This document shows, in pieces, positions 1 through 9,108 of a stretch of 64,000 nucleotides of DNA. The notes beneath the pieces were generated by a model. That model was not told the origin of the DNA, searched no databases, and saw only the letters and a list, made by a program, of their open reading frames with translations. The position numbers were made by a program, and so were the translations under genes. The stretch lies in the NCBI GenBank assembly GCA_963791085.1, contig CAWBQG010000003.1:119447-183446 (forward strand). Reading direction: 5' to 3'. Each line of letters opens with the position of its first letter. The first letter of the stretch is position 1. This DNA is from an uncultured Acidobacteriaceae bacterium (GTDB lineage: Bacteria > Acidobacteriota > Terriglobia > Terriglobales > Acidobacteriaceae).

Positions 1-148
1 GTGAAAGTGGCGAGTAAAGTGGAAAAGCCAGAAGGACAATAGGCCGCACGCCAGACCGCTTTCGTTCCTTTACTCTCACCTTTGTAACCGACTCCGTGTC
101 TAATCAGAGCAACTTTGCGCGAGAACCTCCTCAACCCCGGCCGTCATT

Positions 149-637
149 TTGTCGATAGGCTTATTAGGTCCAATGGCGATGCTTCGTTCCATGACGGTCC
201 GCCTCCTGGTAACGGTGTTGATTTGCGCGGCGTGGAGCCCTGTCTATGCGCAGGCCTCTGGTACCTCCACTACCAATAAGGCAAATTTGGTGGCTTTAGA
301 ACGGATTTGGGGCCAGGCTCAGGTCAATCGCGACGCGCGCACCGTGGCCGCGATGCTCGGGGAACATTTCGTGGACACGGAATACGACGGAGTTACAAAT
401 AACCGGAGCGCATTTCTCGCGGAAATCACGGATCCAGACTTCAAGCCGACTCTCATGACGATTGGTAACGTAACCGTGGAAGTGTATGGCAACGCGGCCG
501 TGATAACGGGCGATTATCACGCCAAGGGAACATACGGCAACAAGCCTTATGAGCATTTCGGCCGGTTCACCGATACCTGGGTGTATCAAGACGGCAAATG
601 GATATGTGTTGCCAGCCACTCCAGCCGCACGAGATAG
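149..637 (+). CDS. secreted NTF2-superfamily protein (DUF4440/SnoaL-like)
   Basis: 162-aa ORF with a signal-like N-terminus (LLVTVLICAAWSPVYAQA). The remainder resembles DUF4440/SnoaL-like proteins (LERIWGQAQVNRDARTVAAMLGEHF ... WVYQDGKWICVASHSS). The start is uncertain: TTG at 149, ATG at 173 or 191. Confidence 0.65.
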   Translation: MSIGLLGPMAMLRSMTVRLLVTVLICAAWSPVYAQASGTSTTNKANLVALERIWGQAQVNRDARTVAAMLGEHFVDTEYDGVTNNRSAFLAEITDPDFKPTLMTIGNVTVEVYGNAAVITGDYHAKGTYGNKPYEHFGRFTDTWVYQDGKWICVASHSSRTR

Positions 638-802
638 AAGGAGGAGGTGTACTCCCGGACAATTAAGGTTTGAGTGAATGGCAGCATGCCGTGCGCAAAT
701 TGCCATCGGCGCATCCCTGCCCTTGTGAGTTTGGACCCTGTCCTTGTGATAGCTGCGCGTTCCTGGCAGAACCCGTAGCATGCCCACATGGAGGCCCTCC
801 CC

Positions 803-3241
803 ATGAAACGCGTTGCCAGTCGCCGGTTTTTGGCGATCCTACCGACGGTTATTCTCCTGGCTCTTATTGCTCTCGTGGGAGCTGGCGGCGTCTCGGGTTC
901 GGGGCCGGTCGCTGGATCGCAACCTGCCGGGGCGGTTCCGATGAATGAACGGGCCGCTGATGCAATCAATGCCAGGGCAGGTAACTCCGCGAATGAACTG
1001 CCGCCTGCGGCGCCGCCGACTCAGGTATGGCCGGCGGCAACGAAGGCGGTGACCATCACCATTGACGCGCTGAGCAATCGGCACGCCATCAGTCCGTATG
1101 TGTATGGATTCGCTTATCCGAACTCGGCGGCCGACATTAGCGACAGCGGCGCCACCGAAGTGCGCTGGGGCGGAGACGCGACTTCGACATACAACTGGCA
1201 GCTCGAGACGTACAGTGCCGCAGCCGACTACTACTTCGAAGACTACGCGGCGGCGGGATTCAATAATGGCGGCGATGGCAGTTCCACGCAGTTCATCACG
1301 GACGTGAAGAACGCGGGCGGCACTCCGCTGATGACGATGGTGATGCTGCCCTGGGTGGCGCAGAGCCCGGAAACGTCGGTGACGCAGGGAGGGACGGACA
1401 ACTACCACTGGAGTTACTCGGTAGCGAGTTTTGGAGCGCAGTGCAGCGTCGATCCCTACAACACCGATGCAGGGGACGGCCTGAAAACCGATTGCTCGAC
1501 GCCCGTCACGACCAACGCGGCCACCACGGCCTATTACCCCTTGCTCGACGACAACAGCCAAACCTGCCCGGGAACGACCTGCGTGTATCGCAACACATGG
1601 GCGTCGGCGTTAGCCACAGCTTTTGGCTCGGCTCCGCATTTTTACGACATGGACAACGAGATCGAAATCTGGGGCAGCACGCATCGCGACGTGCATCCGC
1701 AGCCTTCGGCGTATGAAGAACTCCGTGACACCTACATTGCCGAGAGCCGGGCGCTGAAGGGATGGGATCCGGCGGCGATCCGGTTCGGGCCCATCACCTG
1801 TTGCTGGTGGTTTTACTGGAATGGCGCGAACAACAACGATAAGGGGGCGCACGCGGGCATCGACTTCGTGCCGTGGTGGTTGAACGAAGTTTACTGGCAG
1901 GACCAGATTGCGGGGACGCGGTCGGTCGACGTATTCGATCTGCACGCCTATCCGGACACGCCGGATACTTCGGGTTATACGCTGGCCCAGAAGCGGGCGC
2001 TGGCCCTGAAGATATTCCGTGATTACTGGGATCCGACTTTCGTCAGCCCGTCGTCTTCCATCAATCAGAAGTGGACGACGTTCATTCAGCCGAAGAAGAC
2101 GATTCCATTTCGCATACCGCGCATGCGCGCGATTGCGAACATGATTTATCCCGGCACGCCCATGAGTTTTACGGAGTGGAACGCGGCGGTTGCGGGCGAG
2201 TCGGACTTTTCGACGGCGCTGGGGGATGCGGATGCCTATGGAATCTTCGGGCGGGAGCGGATGTATCTGGCTTCGCGCTGGACGGCTCCGGTGAATACGA
2301 ACCCGAATTATCAGGCTTTGAAGCTCTATCGCAATTATGACGGTCAGCATCACACGTTTGCGGCGACGTCGGTTTCGGACACGAACAATGCCAGCGCGAA
2401 TCTGTTCAGCAGCTATGCCGCGATTGATCCGACGGGCACGACCATGACGGTGATGGTCGTGAACAAGGCACCCGCCACGACTTTTGCGGGGCAGTTCGCG
2501 CTCAGCGGTTTCACGCCGTCGCAGGTGACGGCGTACACGCTGTCGCAGAAGAACCCGACTGCGATTGTGGCATCGGCGGCCGGAGCGTGGTCTGCGAGCA
2601 TGAGCTTCGCTCCTTATAGCGCGACGCTGCTGGTGGTGACGGGATCGATGGCGAAGGCGCCCGAAGCGGAGTGGGATTTGAATCCGGATACGACGATGCT
2701 TCCGGCGGGAGGGACGGTGACACTGGCGCCGAAAATAGTTTCGGGATCGGGAGCGGTCGCGCTGGGCACGCCGACGTTTGATACCGGCATTACCGTGACT
2801 GTGACGGCAGGCACGATTACGTCGAGCCAGAATGGAGCGATTACGGTGTCGGCAGGCAGCAAGCCCGGCTTTTTCCGGTACACGGTTCCCGGCACGGACA
2901 GCTCGGGCGTGACCCAGGAGCAGAGCGGTTGGATCGTGGTGGGGAATCCTCCGGCGGCGTTCACCAAGCAAGGAGACGGGCAAACGGGCGCGCCGGGCAC
3001 GAATTTGATCTTGTCGGTGACGCTGGAGCCCAAGACATCGGGTGGAAGCGCTGCCGGGGCCACGGTGCTATTCACAACCGATGCGGGGACGCTTTCAAGC
3101 CGGCTGGTAACGACGGACGCTTCGGGGAATGCGGCGGTTGTGCTGACTCTGCCGTCGAGCGCGGGCGCGGTGCATGTGACGGCGGAGGGTCCGTACGGGT
3201 TGGGACATCCCGAGGTGACGTTTACGGAGACATCGCAATAG
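803..3241 (+). CDS. glycoside hydrolase family 44 protein with C-terminal Ig-like (Big_1-type) domains
   Basis: Long ORF 788..3241. GGAGG at 790-794 favours the ATG at 803 (MKRVASRRFLAILPTVILLAL signal). It carries the GH44-type motif 'VRWGGDATSTYNWQLE'. The C-terminal third is Ig-like repeats (GTITSSQNGAITVSA ..., SGNAAVVLTLPSSAGAVHVTAEG). Confidence 0.85.
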   Translation: MKRVASRRFLAILPTVILLALIALVGAGGVSGSGPVAGSQPAGAVPMNERAADAINARAGNSANELPPAAPPTQVWPAATKAVTITIDALSNRHAISPYVYGFAYPNSAADISDSGATEVRWGGDATSTYNWQLETYSAAADYYFEDYAAAGFNNGGDGSSTQFITDVKNAGGTPLMTMVMLPWVAQSPETSVTQGGTDNYHWSYSVASFGAQCSVDPYNTDAGDGLKTDCSTPVTTNAATTAYYPLLDDNSQTCPGTTCVYRNTWASALATAFGSAPHFYDMDNEIEIWGSTHRDVHPQPSAYEELRDTYIAESRALKGWDPAAIRFGPITCCWWFYWNGANNNDKGAHAGIDFVPWWLNEVYWQDQIAGTRSVDVFDLHAYPDTPDTSGYTLAQKRALALKIFRDYWDPTFVSPSSSINQKWTTFIQPKKTIPFRIPRMRAIANMIYPGTPMSFTEWNAAVAGESDFSTALGDADAYGIFGRERMYLASRWTAPVNTNPNYQALKLYRNYDGQHHTFAATSVSDTNNASANLFSSYAAIDPTGTTMTVMVVNKAPATTFAGQFALSGFTPSQVTAYTLSQKNPTAIVASAAGAWSASMSFAPYSATLLVVTGSMAKAPEAEWDLNPDTTMLPAGGTVTLAPKIVSGSGAVALGTPTFDTGITVTVTAGTITSSQNGAITVSAGSKPGFFRYTVPGTDSSGVTQEQSGWIVVGNPPAAFTKQGDGQTGAPGTNLILSVTLEPKTSGGSAAGATVLFTTDAGTLSSRLVTTDASGNAAVVLTLPSSAGAVHVTAEGPYGLGHPEVTFTETSQ

Positions 3242-3244
3242 GGC

Positions 3245-3325
3245 TGACCTCAGCGGCTAAAGCCGCTGGGGAAAAGTGCAGCACTTACCGCAGCGCTAAA
3301 GCGCTGCGCCACCCAAAATCAGAGA
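3245..3325 (+). repeat. composite REP-like hairpin repeat, family A (cctcagcggctaaagccgc ... cgcagcgctaaagcgctgcgccacccaaaatc)
   Basis: Two hairpins. The core 32-mer at 3289..3320 recurs at 60783..60815 (+) and 42684..42715 (inverted). A degenerate copy lies at 6345..6415. Confidence 0.8.
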
Positions 3326-3411
3326 TCGCAGGCGCGGCGCGCCTCGCAGATCGGGCGAGGCCCAGAACCCTAGCCGTTGGTTTCCGCTGGGTAGGTTAGT
3401 GATAAATCAAT

Positions 3412-3435
3412 AAGGCCGCTTTGGAAAGCGGCCTT
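3412..3435. terminator. bidirectional hairpin between convergent genes
   Basis: 'aaggccgct-ttggaa-agcggcctt', a 9-bp stem with T-rich flanks on both strands. It lies between the GH44 gene (+) and the 3472..3933 gene (-). Confidence 0.55.
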
Positions 3436-3471
3436 TGATTTCTTGCATACGACGGCGACGCTGGCAATCGT

Positions 3472-3933
3472 CTACTGCTTGTCGTAAACCGCGGTTTCTT
3501 CGACCTTCTTGCCCATCGCATCGGTTGCCTTGATGGTGACGGTGCGGGTCTTGCCGTCGGCAGAGACGACGATGCGAGCGGTGACCGTTGTCTTGCCGCC
3601 CTTTTTGTTGGTCAATTCCATGGTATTGCCGTTGATCTTCTTATACGAGCGCGAGTCTGACGCTGCATCGCCGGTGAGCGGATAGTCTTTGCCGTCAAAT
3701 TTTCCAGTCCACTCGTTGTGGGTCGGCTTGCCTTCAGCGTCGACGCCGTCGACGGTGACTTTGATGTTGTCTCCCACGGCTTCGTAAACGACGGTGTGAT
3801 TCTTGGGTGCTCCGGGGCTGAATTTGGATTTGGCTTCGTTCAGCTTCCAGGTGCCCATGATCGGGCTTGCAAAGCACATCGTCAGCCCCACAAAACAAGC
3901 CACAATCGTCAATGCGATATTTCTTGTCTTCAT
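3472..3933 (-). CDS. small secreted beta-rich hypothetical protein (lipocalin-like pattern)
   Basis: ORF 3472..4059. The internal ATG at 3933 is preceded by GGAGG (plus-strand cctcc at 3938-3942) and starts a signal peptide (MKTRNIALTIVACFVGLTMCFA). The mature part begins GTWKLNEAKSKF. Confidence 0.7.
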   Translation of the reverse strand: MKTRNIALTIVACFVGLTMCFASPIMGTWKLNEAKSKFSPGAPKNHTVVYEAVGDNIKVTVDGVDAEGKPTHNEWTGKFDGKDYPLTGDAASDSRSYKKINGNTMELTNKKGGKTTVTARIVVSADGKTRTVTIKATDAMGKKVEETAVYDKQ

Positions 3934-4202
3934 CTTCCCTCCTAGTTGGAAAATGCCGCAGGACTGCGGCGAGCCATCGTCGTCGTTTCGGACTTCGTTG
4001 TCAAGGCGGGGGAGTGGGCGAGCGGAACAACGGACGGGAGGTTGAAGCTGCATGGTCACGGCAACAGGGTTTACGCGGACTCTCGGAGCGCAAGGCGCGC
4101 TCGAAACCGTCGGCGAGGCGCCGGCGCTACGGCGCGAGAACGGGTGGAAACTTTATGGGGCAGCCAGTAGTCTAACTGAGTGACAGGTGTGCCTATTTTC
4201 GA

Positions 4203-5339
4203 ATGAGACTCTTCCGGGGTTCGATTGTATTCATTTTGATTGCAGTTGCCGGCGCGGCGAGTTTCGCCGCCGGCACGGAGGCGCCTTTGCCTGTTTTGCC
4301 TGCGCAATTTGGCGGCTGGCAGATGAATGCGACCGCGTCCAAGAGCGACGATGCGGCCGTAGCCGATGCGGCCAACGCGGACGTGCTCAAGGAATATGGT
4401 TTTCAGCACTTTGAGAAGGCGGAATACCGGCGCGACGACGGGCGCAAACTGGCCATCAAGGCGGCGGCGTTTGAAGACGCGAGCGGCGCGTATGGGGCAT
4501 TCACGTTCTACCGCACTCTGGAGATGCTCGAGGAAAAGATCGGCGGCGCGGGAAGCTCGTTTGGAAACCGCGTGCTGTTTTTCCAGGGAAACGTGCTGGT
4601 GGATGCGGTGTTCGACAAGCTGACGGCGATGTCGGCGGCGGAATTGCGCGAACTGGCGGGAGTGTTGCCGCGGCCGGTGGGCAGCGCGGGCAAGCTGCCT
4701 CCGCTGCGCAATTATCTGCCTATGCGGGGCTACGAGAAGAACACGGAAAAATATGTAATGGGACCGGCGGCGCTTGACCGCATGAATGCCCCGCTGGCCA
4801 GTTCGGTGGTGGATTTCAAGACGGATACGGAAGTGGTGCTCGGGAAGTACGGGGCGCAGTTGGGCGATGCGACCCTGATGCTGATCGAGTATCCGACTCC
4901 CCAGATTGCCGCGGAGAAGTTGCGGCAGATCGATGCTTCGCATCAAGTGACCACGCAGCAACCGGGAGTGGCGCCGATGGTGGATGTAGGCCCGTTCTTC
5001 GACAAGCGCACCGGGCCGATCGTGGTGATTGCGGCAGGACCGCTTTCGCAACGCGAAGCGCAAACACTAATGGGAGCGATCAGCTACGACGCCGACGTCA
5101 CGTGGAATGAGAACACGTATCTGACCAAGCGCGACAATCTGGCGAACCTGTTGTTCAACGTGATCGTGCTCTGCGGGATCGTGATCGGACTGGCGCTGGT
5201 GGTGGGAGCGGGGTTCGGAGGGGTCCGAATCGTGTTGAAGAAGGTTTTTCCGGGACGGGTGTTCGACCGTCCGGAGGACATGGAAATCATCTCGTTGCAC
5301 TTGGATGACCAAGTACGGGAGACGAATGGTGGACGCTAA
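4203..5339 (+). CDS. hypothetical protein with N-terminal signal/anchor and C-terminal transmembrane helix
   Basis: 378-aa ORF with normal composition. N-terminal hydrophobic segment IVFILIAVAGAASFAAG; C-terminal TM LLFNVIVLCGIVIGLALVVGAGFGG. The antisense 330-aa ORF is Arg-rich junk. Confidence 0.7.
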   Translation: MRLFRGSIVFILIAVAGAASFAAGTEAPLPVLPAQFGGWQMNATASKSDDAAVADAANADVLKEYGFQHFEKAEYRRDDGRKLAIKAAAFEDASGAYGAFTFYRTLEMLEEKIGGAGSSFGNRVLFFQGNVLVDAVFDKLTAMSAAELRELAGVLPRPVGSAGKLPPLRNYLPMRGYEKNTEKYVMGPAALDRMNAPLASSVVDFKTDTEVVLGKYGAQLGDATLMLIEYPTPQIAAEKLRQIDASHQVTTQQPGVAPMVDVGPFFDKRTGPIVVIAAGPLSQREAQTLMGAISYDADVTWNENTYLTKRDNLANLLFNVIVLCGIVIGLALVVGAGFGGVRIVLKKVFPGRVFDRPEDMEIISLHLDDQVRETNGGR

Positions 5340-5464
5340 GTGACTCAATCAAGGGCCGTTAAGCGCCGGAAGGCGATTTTGGTCCCGTTTTGGCCCCGTT
5401 TAACGGTTTGTGCACATGTTTCGTAAGTTGTTGAAAATAAGACCATTTAATTCATAAATTTTGC

Positions 5465-5494
5465 TTGACACCCTGCTTTTCCGGCTCATAAGAT
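5465..5494 (+). promoter_or_regulatory. sigma70-like promoter (TTGACA-N18-TAAGAT)
   Basis: -35 'ttgaca' at 5465-5470 and -10 'taagat' at 5489-5494, with an AT-rich UP-like region at 5400-5460. Confidence 0.45.
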
Positions 5495-5500
5495 TCCCGC

Positions 5501-5590
5501 AGAAAGTTCTGATGGGTTTTCAAGCTCCGTTAGGACTATTCTCCCTTGAAAGAAAAGGCCGCCCAAGTTGCCGGGTGGCCTTTTCGTTTG
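5501..5590 (+). ncRNA. candidate small RNA or short leader transcript (promoter-to-terminator unit, about 90 nt)
   Basis: It is bounded by TTGACA-N18-TAAGAT (5465..5494) and a GC-rich hairpin plus T-run (5553..5590). It contains no convincing ORF or RBS. The upstream 120 nt are AT-rich. Confidence 0.3.
5553..5590 (+). terminator. intrinsic terminator-like hairpin + T-run
   Basis: 'aaaaggccgccc-aagttgcc-gggtggcctttt cgttt', a 10-bp stem with one G-U pair. Confidence 0.5.
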
Positions 5591-5601
5591 AGCAATTGCC
5601 G

Positions 5602-5631
5602 GTTCTCAGTTTTCAGTTCTCAATAACGGCG
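5602..5631 (+). repeat. family F repeat 'gttctcagttttcagttctcaataacggcg'
   Basis: Near-identical to 63849..63878. Confidence 0.7.
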
Positions 5632-5819
5632 GACCTTACCGCGGGGCACGGAAACACGGAGAAAGACATTCGATTTGGTCCGTGACCGGCGCGAAGCACG
5701 GGAGCGCGGAGCACCTGTGCGCTGGAAACATGCAACTGAAACAGAACTGGGAACCCTTTACGTCTTGCGGACGTATTGTTATTGAGAACAGAAACTGGTG
5801 TTGCGACGGAGGGAGACCG

Positions 5820-6311
5820 ATGTTTTGCGATCAATGCGGAGCGCAGTTGCAGGCGGGGCAGGCACGTTGCGCACGATGCGGCAAGCCGGTGACGGGGCCT
5901 CTTGAGTATGGACGCAATCGGGTGCGGGAGCATGTGAAGCTGGTGGGTATTTTGTGGATGGCCTACTCGGCGCTGCATGTGGTGAGCGGAGTCTTCGTGC
6001 TTCTGGTGGGGAAGTTGGTGATTGTGAGGCTGGGCGCGATTCCGAACGGACCACCGCCGGAGGTGATGGCATGGCTGCCGACGCTGGTCAGTATGATCGG
6101 GTGGCTGATTCTGGCGAAGGCCGCAGCAGGAGTGATCACGGGCTGGGGTTTATTGCAGCGCGAAGAATGGGCGCGCGTGTTGGCGCTGGTGATGGGATTC
6201 GTCGCGCTGCTCAGCGTGCCGATTGGCACGGCGCTCGGGATTTATACATTGTGGGTCTTGTTGCCTTCGCAGTCGGAGGAGCAGTACAAAACGCTGGCGC
6301 AGGCAGCGTAA
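5820..6311 (+). CDS. zinc-ribbon domain membrane protein
   Basis: The ATG at 5820 is preceded by GGAGGGA. The N-terminus MFCDQCGAQLQAGQARCARCGKPV is a CxxC...CxxC zinc ribbon, followed by about 4 hydrophobic helices. Confidence 0.7.
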   Translation: MFCDQCGAQLQAGQARCARCGKPVTGPLEYGRNRVREHVKLVGILWMAYSALHVVSGVFVLLVGKLVIVRLGAIPNGPPPEVMAWLPTLVSMIGWLILAKAAAGVITGWGLLQREEWARVLALVMGFVALLSVPIGTALGIYTLWVLLPSQSEEQYKTLAQAA

Positions 6312-6344
6312 GGGCCCAGCACGATTGACCATTCAGCGGATGGC

Positions 6345-6415
6345 GCTCAGCGGCTGAGGCCGCCGATGATAAGGCGCCTCTTTACCGCAGCACTGAAGTA
6401 CTGCGCCACTCAAAC
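6345..6415 (+). repeat. family A-like REP hairpin repeat (degenerate)
   Basis: 'ctcagcggctgaggccgcc ... cgcagcactgaagtactgcgccactcaaaca'. Confidence 0.6.
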
Positions 6416-6473
6416 ATCCTTGAAGTTGCTGGACGGCGTCCCAGTTATGCGGTTTTGCGGGTAGAGTAGCTGG

Positions 6474-7661
6474 ATGAACTCGAAATCCGAAAAGGTCTCC
6501 GCGAACGCCGGGGCGCGTCGCCTGGCTGGTTCTCGCCTCGCCTATTTTGAGGAACTCCGCGAGCAGATGGTTGCCGCCATCCGCGAATTGGTGGAAATCG
6601 AGTCGCCCAGCGACAACAAAGCCGCGGTCGATCGCGTTGCGGAAGTGGCCGCCCGAAAATTTGCTGCGCTGGGCGGACAGGTGCGCCTGCATCGCACTCC
6701 AGATTTTGGCAATCATCTTCAAGTCGATTTCGGTGGAAGCGCAGGTGGCAAACCGGTTCTGCTGCTCGGCCACTACGACACGGTTTATCCGCTGGGCACG
6801 CTGGCGACGATGCCATGCCGGGTTGTGGACAGCAAACTCACGGGCCCGGGCGTGCTCGATATGAAGTCCGGGATCGCCCTGATGCTTTACGCACTTGCAG
6901 GGCTCAGGGAGTGGCATGGCGTGCTGCCGCGGCCGGTCACCGTTCTGCTGGTCTCCGACGAAGAAGTGGGCAGCAATTCGTCGCGCCCTGTCACGGAATC
7001 GCTGGCGAAAAGATCGGCCGCCGTGCTGGTCGTCGAGCCGTCCTATGGCTCCGAAGGTGCGGTGAAAACAGCGCGCAAAGGCGTAGGCGAGTATCAGATC
7101 AAAGTTACGGGCAAAGCATCCCATGCCGGGCTCGATTTCGAAAAAGGAGTCAACGCCATCGTGGAACTGGCGCGGCAGATTGAGAAGGTCACCGGTTTCA
7201 CCGATTTGGAGAAGGGCCTGACGGTGAACGTCGGCATCGTAAGCGGAGGATCCTGCACGAATGTTGTTCCGGCCGAAGCTATCGCGCAGGTCGACGTCCG
7301 CATCGCCCGTTTGAAGGACGCCGCCGGCATTGACAGGAAGATGCGCAACCTGCGTGCTTTCAACCGCAAGTGCAGGCTCGAAATCACCGGCGGCATAAAC
7401 CGGCCGCCCATGGAGCGCACGCCAGGAGTTGCCGCGCTTTACGCCAAAGCGGCTGCCTGGGCCCGCGACCTGGGTTGGAAGCTCGGGGAAGCTGCAGTTG
7501 GTGGCGGTTCCGATGGCAACTTTACGGCCAGTCTGGGGATACCGACGTTGGATGGTCTGGGCGCTGTCGGCGACGGCGCGCATGCGCCCCACGAACACAT
7601 TGTGATCGCGGAACTGCCGCGCCGGGCCGCCTTGATTGCCGGGCTCATCGAGTCCGCTTAA
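6474..7661 (+). CDS. M20 family metallopeptidase (carboxypeptidase G2-like)
   Basis: 395-aa ORF with M20 hallmarks: LLLGHYDTVYP, VLDMKSG, LLVSDEEVGS, GKASHAG, GGGSDGNF. Confidence 0.9.
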   Translation: MNSKSEKVSANAGARRLAGSRLAYFEELREQMVAAIRELVEIESPSDNKAAVDRVAEVAARKFAALGGQVRLHRTPDFGNHLQVDFGGSAGGKPVLLLGHYDTVYPLGTLATMPCRVVDSKLTGPGVLDMKSGIALMLYALAGLREWHGVLPRPVTVLLVSDEEVGSNSSRPVTESLAKRSAAVLVVEPSYGSEGAVKTARKGVGEYQIKVTGKASHAGLDFEKGVNAIVELARQIEKVTGFTDLEKGLTVNVGIVSGGSCTNVVPAEAIAQVDVRIARLKDAAGIDRKMRNLRAFNRKCRLEITGGINRPPMERTPGVAALYAKAAAWARDLGWKLGEAAVGGGSDGNFTASLGIPTLDGLGAVGDGAHAPHEHIVIAELPRRAALIAGLIESA

Positions 7662-7735
7662 ACCGGGCCTGCGGGGTCGCCTCAAACCATGTGACCGGAA
7701 TCACACTCGCCGGTGATAGAGGGTACGGGCGTACT

Positions 7736-7764
7736 TTGACGCGCCTTCTACACTAACCTAGAAT
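7736..7764 (+). promoter_or_regulatory. sigma70-like promoter upstream of tatA (TTGACG-N17-TAGAAT)
   Basis: 'ttgacg' at 7736-7741, a 17-nt spacer, 'tagaat' at 7759-7764, about 115 nt upstream of the tatA start. Confidence 0.5.
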
Positions 7765-7880
7765 TGATCTTGGGGATATTCGCCTGGCCCGGCGCGGGCG
7801 ACACTGCGCCGATTCAGGTTAACGGAATTCCCTGCGGTTTCGGTCGGACGTGTTCAGCCCGGGCCGCAATGGAGGAAGTT

Positions 7881-8054
7881 ATGGGTGAGGGTTTATTCCA
7901 GCCGCTGCATATTCTGCTGATTATCGGCATCGCGCTGCTGCTGTTTGGCCCCAGCAAGTTTGCCGACCTCGGCAAGGGTCTGGGCGAGGGCATTCGCAAC
8001 TTCAAGCAAGCGGTAAAAGAAGACGACAAGAAAGACGCCGAGAAGAAGTCCTAG
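7881..8054 (+). CDS. tatA: twin-arginine translocase subunit TatA/TatE
   Basis: The ATG at 7881 lies 5 nt after GGAGGA. The 57-aa product is MGEGLFQPLHILLIIGIALLLFGPSKFADLGKGLGEGIRNFKQAVKE, i.e. a TatA TM helix plus amphipathic helix. Confidence 0.85.
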   Translation: MGEGLFQPLHILLIIGIALLLFGPSKFADLGKGLGEGIRNFKQAVKEDDKKDAEKKS

Positions 8055-8158
8055 GCGCTTTGTAGCGGATTCTTCAATTCCGCTGACCGATTTGCGAAGC
8101 GAATCGGCCCGCTCGCTCAGGATGACGGGATACGATCCGCCGGTTTCAAACGCGCTTC

Positions 8159-8716
8159 TCAGAGCAACCGCGACTCCCGCAGCATTCGATACACCAGCGC
8201 GACCGGCAATCCGACCACATTGCTGTAGTCCCCTTCGATCCGAGGAATCCAGCGCGACGCGATCCCCTGGATCGCATAGGCCCCGGCCTTGTCCATCGGT
8301 TCGCCGGTCTTGACGTAATCGCCGATCTCCTTGCCGGAAATCTCGCTCATCGTGACCGAGGTGGTCTCGCTGCCCATGGAAGACCGGCCATCGGCCACCA
8401 AACAAACGCCCGTTATCACGCGGTGCGTGCGCGCGGAAAGCAGGCGCAGCATGCGCGCGGCATCGGCCGCATCCAGCGGCTTGCCAAGAATCTGGTCGTC
8501 GATCACTACCACGGTGTCCGCGCCAAGGACGGCAGCGTCGGGCCGCAGCCGCGCAACCACAAGCGCCTTCTCGCGCGCCAGGCGTTCGGCGCAGTCCTTC
8601 GCTTCTTCGCCCGGAAGAGGATCCTCGGCGATGTGCGCAGGTTGAACGACAAACGAAATTCCCGCGTTGCGCAGAAGTTCCTGACGGCGTGGCGAAGCGG
8701 AAGCAAGCACGAGCAT
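8159..8716 (-). CDS. maf: Maf-like nucleoside triphosphate pyrophosphatase (septum formation protein)
   Basis: 185 aa with a Maf-type N-terminus ([20 protein letters not shown]) and C-terminus ([10 protein letters not shown]...). Confidence 0.9.
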   Translation of the reverse strand: MLVLASASPRRQELLRNAGISFVVQPAHIAEDPLPGEEAKDCAERLAREKALVVARLRPDAAVLGADTVVVIDDQILGKPLDAADAARMLRLLSARTHRVITGVCLVADGRSSMGSETTSVTMSEISGKEIGDYVKTGEPMDKAGAYAIQGIASRWIPRIEGDYSNVVGLPVALVYRMLRESRLL

Positions 8717-8864
8717 GGGAATATTGTACGGGTCGTTAGGGGCCCGCCGGGGCCGCGAATGGAATCGGGATTTACGCCAATCGCAACATCACGGGGGAGC
8801 CGCATTGAATCGGCGGCGCCGACTGATGCCGAAGAACCGGGAGGAACAGCGCGCCCTGGACGAG

Positions 8865-9086
8865 CTAGCCTTGGGTGCGGTCCAGGAATTCGGAGTGCCA
8901 TGCCATCTGGATGGCTTCGAGCTTCGCTTCGCTCGATTTTGCGGGGTCATCCTTAAAGCCGGGGAGCGCGAGCACGTACTTGTGCAGATCGGTGAAGCGG
9001 ACAGACAGCGGGTCAATTTCGGGATGACCTTCGGAGAGCAGAATTCCAAGATCCTCCGGATCGCTCCAAGTAAGTTCTTTTGGCAT
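8865..9086 (-). CDS. iscX: Fe-S cluster assembly protein IscX
   Basis: 73 aa, collinear with the E. coli IscX pattern (W.D...IG..L.......DP..VRFTD.H......F.DDP....E..LEAI...W). It is the last gene of the isc operon. Confidence 0.8.
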   Translation of the reverse strand: MPKELTWSDPEDLGILLSEGHPEIDPLSVRFTDLHKYVLALPGFKDDPAKSSEAKLEAIQMAWHSEFLDRTQG

Positions 9087-9108
9087 AACTGAGTGCCTCC
9101 CCGCCGCG

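Noticed and set aside
4071-5063. Long antisense ORFs opposite real genes: 4071..5063-, 6333..7685-, 9814..10782+, 10826..11602+, 11649..12380+, 13931..14605+, 33363..34355-, 36168..37544-, 39494..40576-, 43343..44278+, 44711..45613+, 49594..50394-, 56009..56914-, 60779..61648-, 61227..62219-, 61876..62727-, 63166..63873+
   Set aside because: All are Arg/His/Pro-rich with no recognisable motifs. Each lies opposite an ORF with a clear family signature. They are typical shadow ORFs of high-GC DNA.
5461-5685. 74-aa ORF (TTG start) covering the candidate sRNA region
   Set aside because: It starts inside the -35 element, has no RBS, runs through the terminator hairpin and a family F repeat, and has a non-protein-like sequence.
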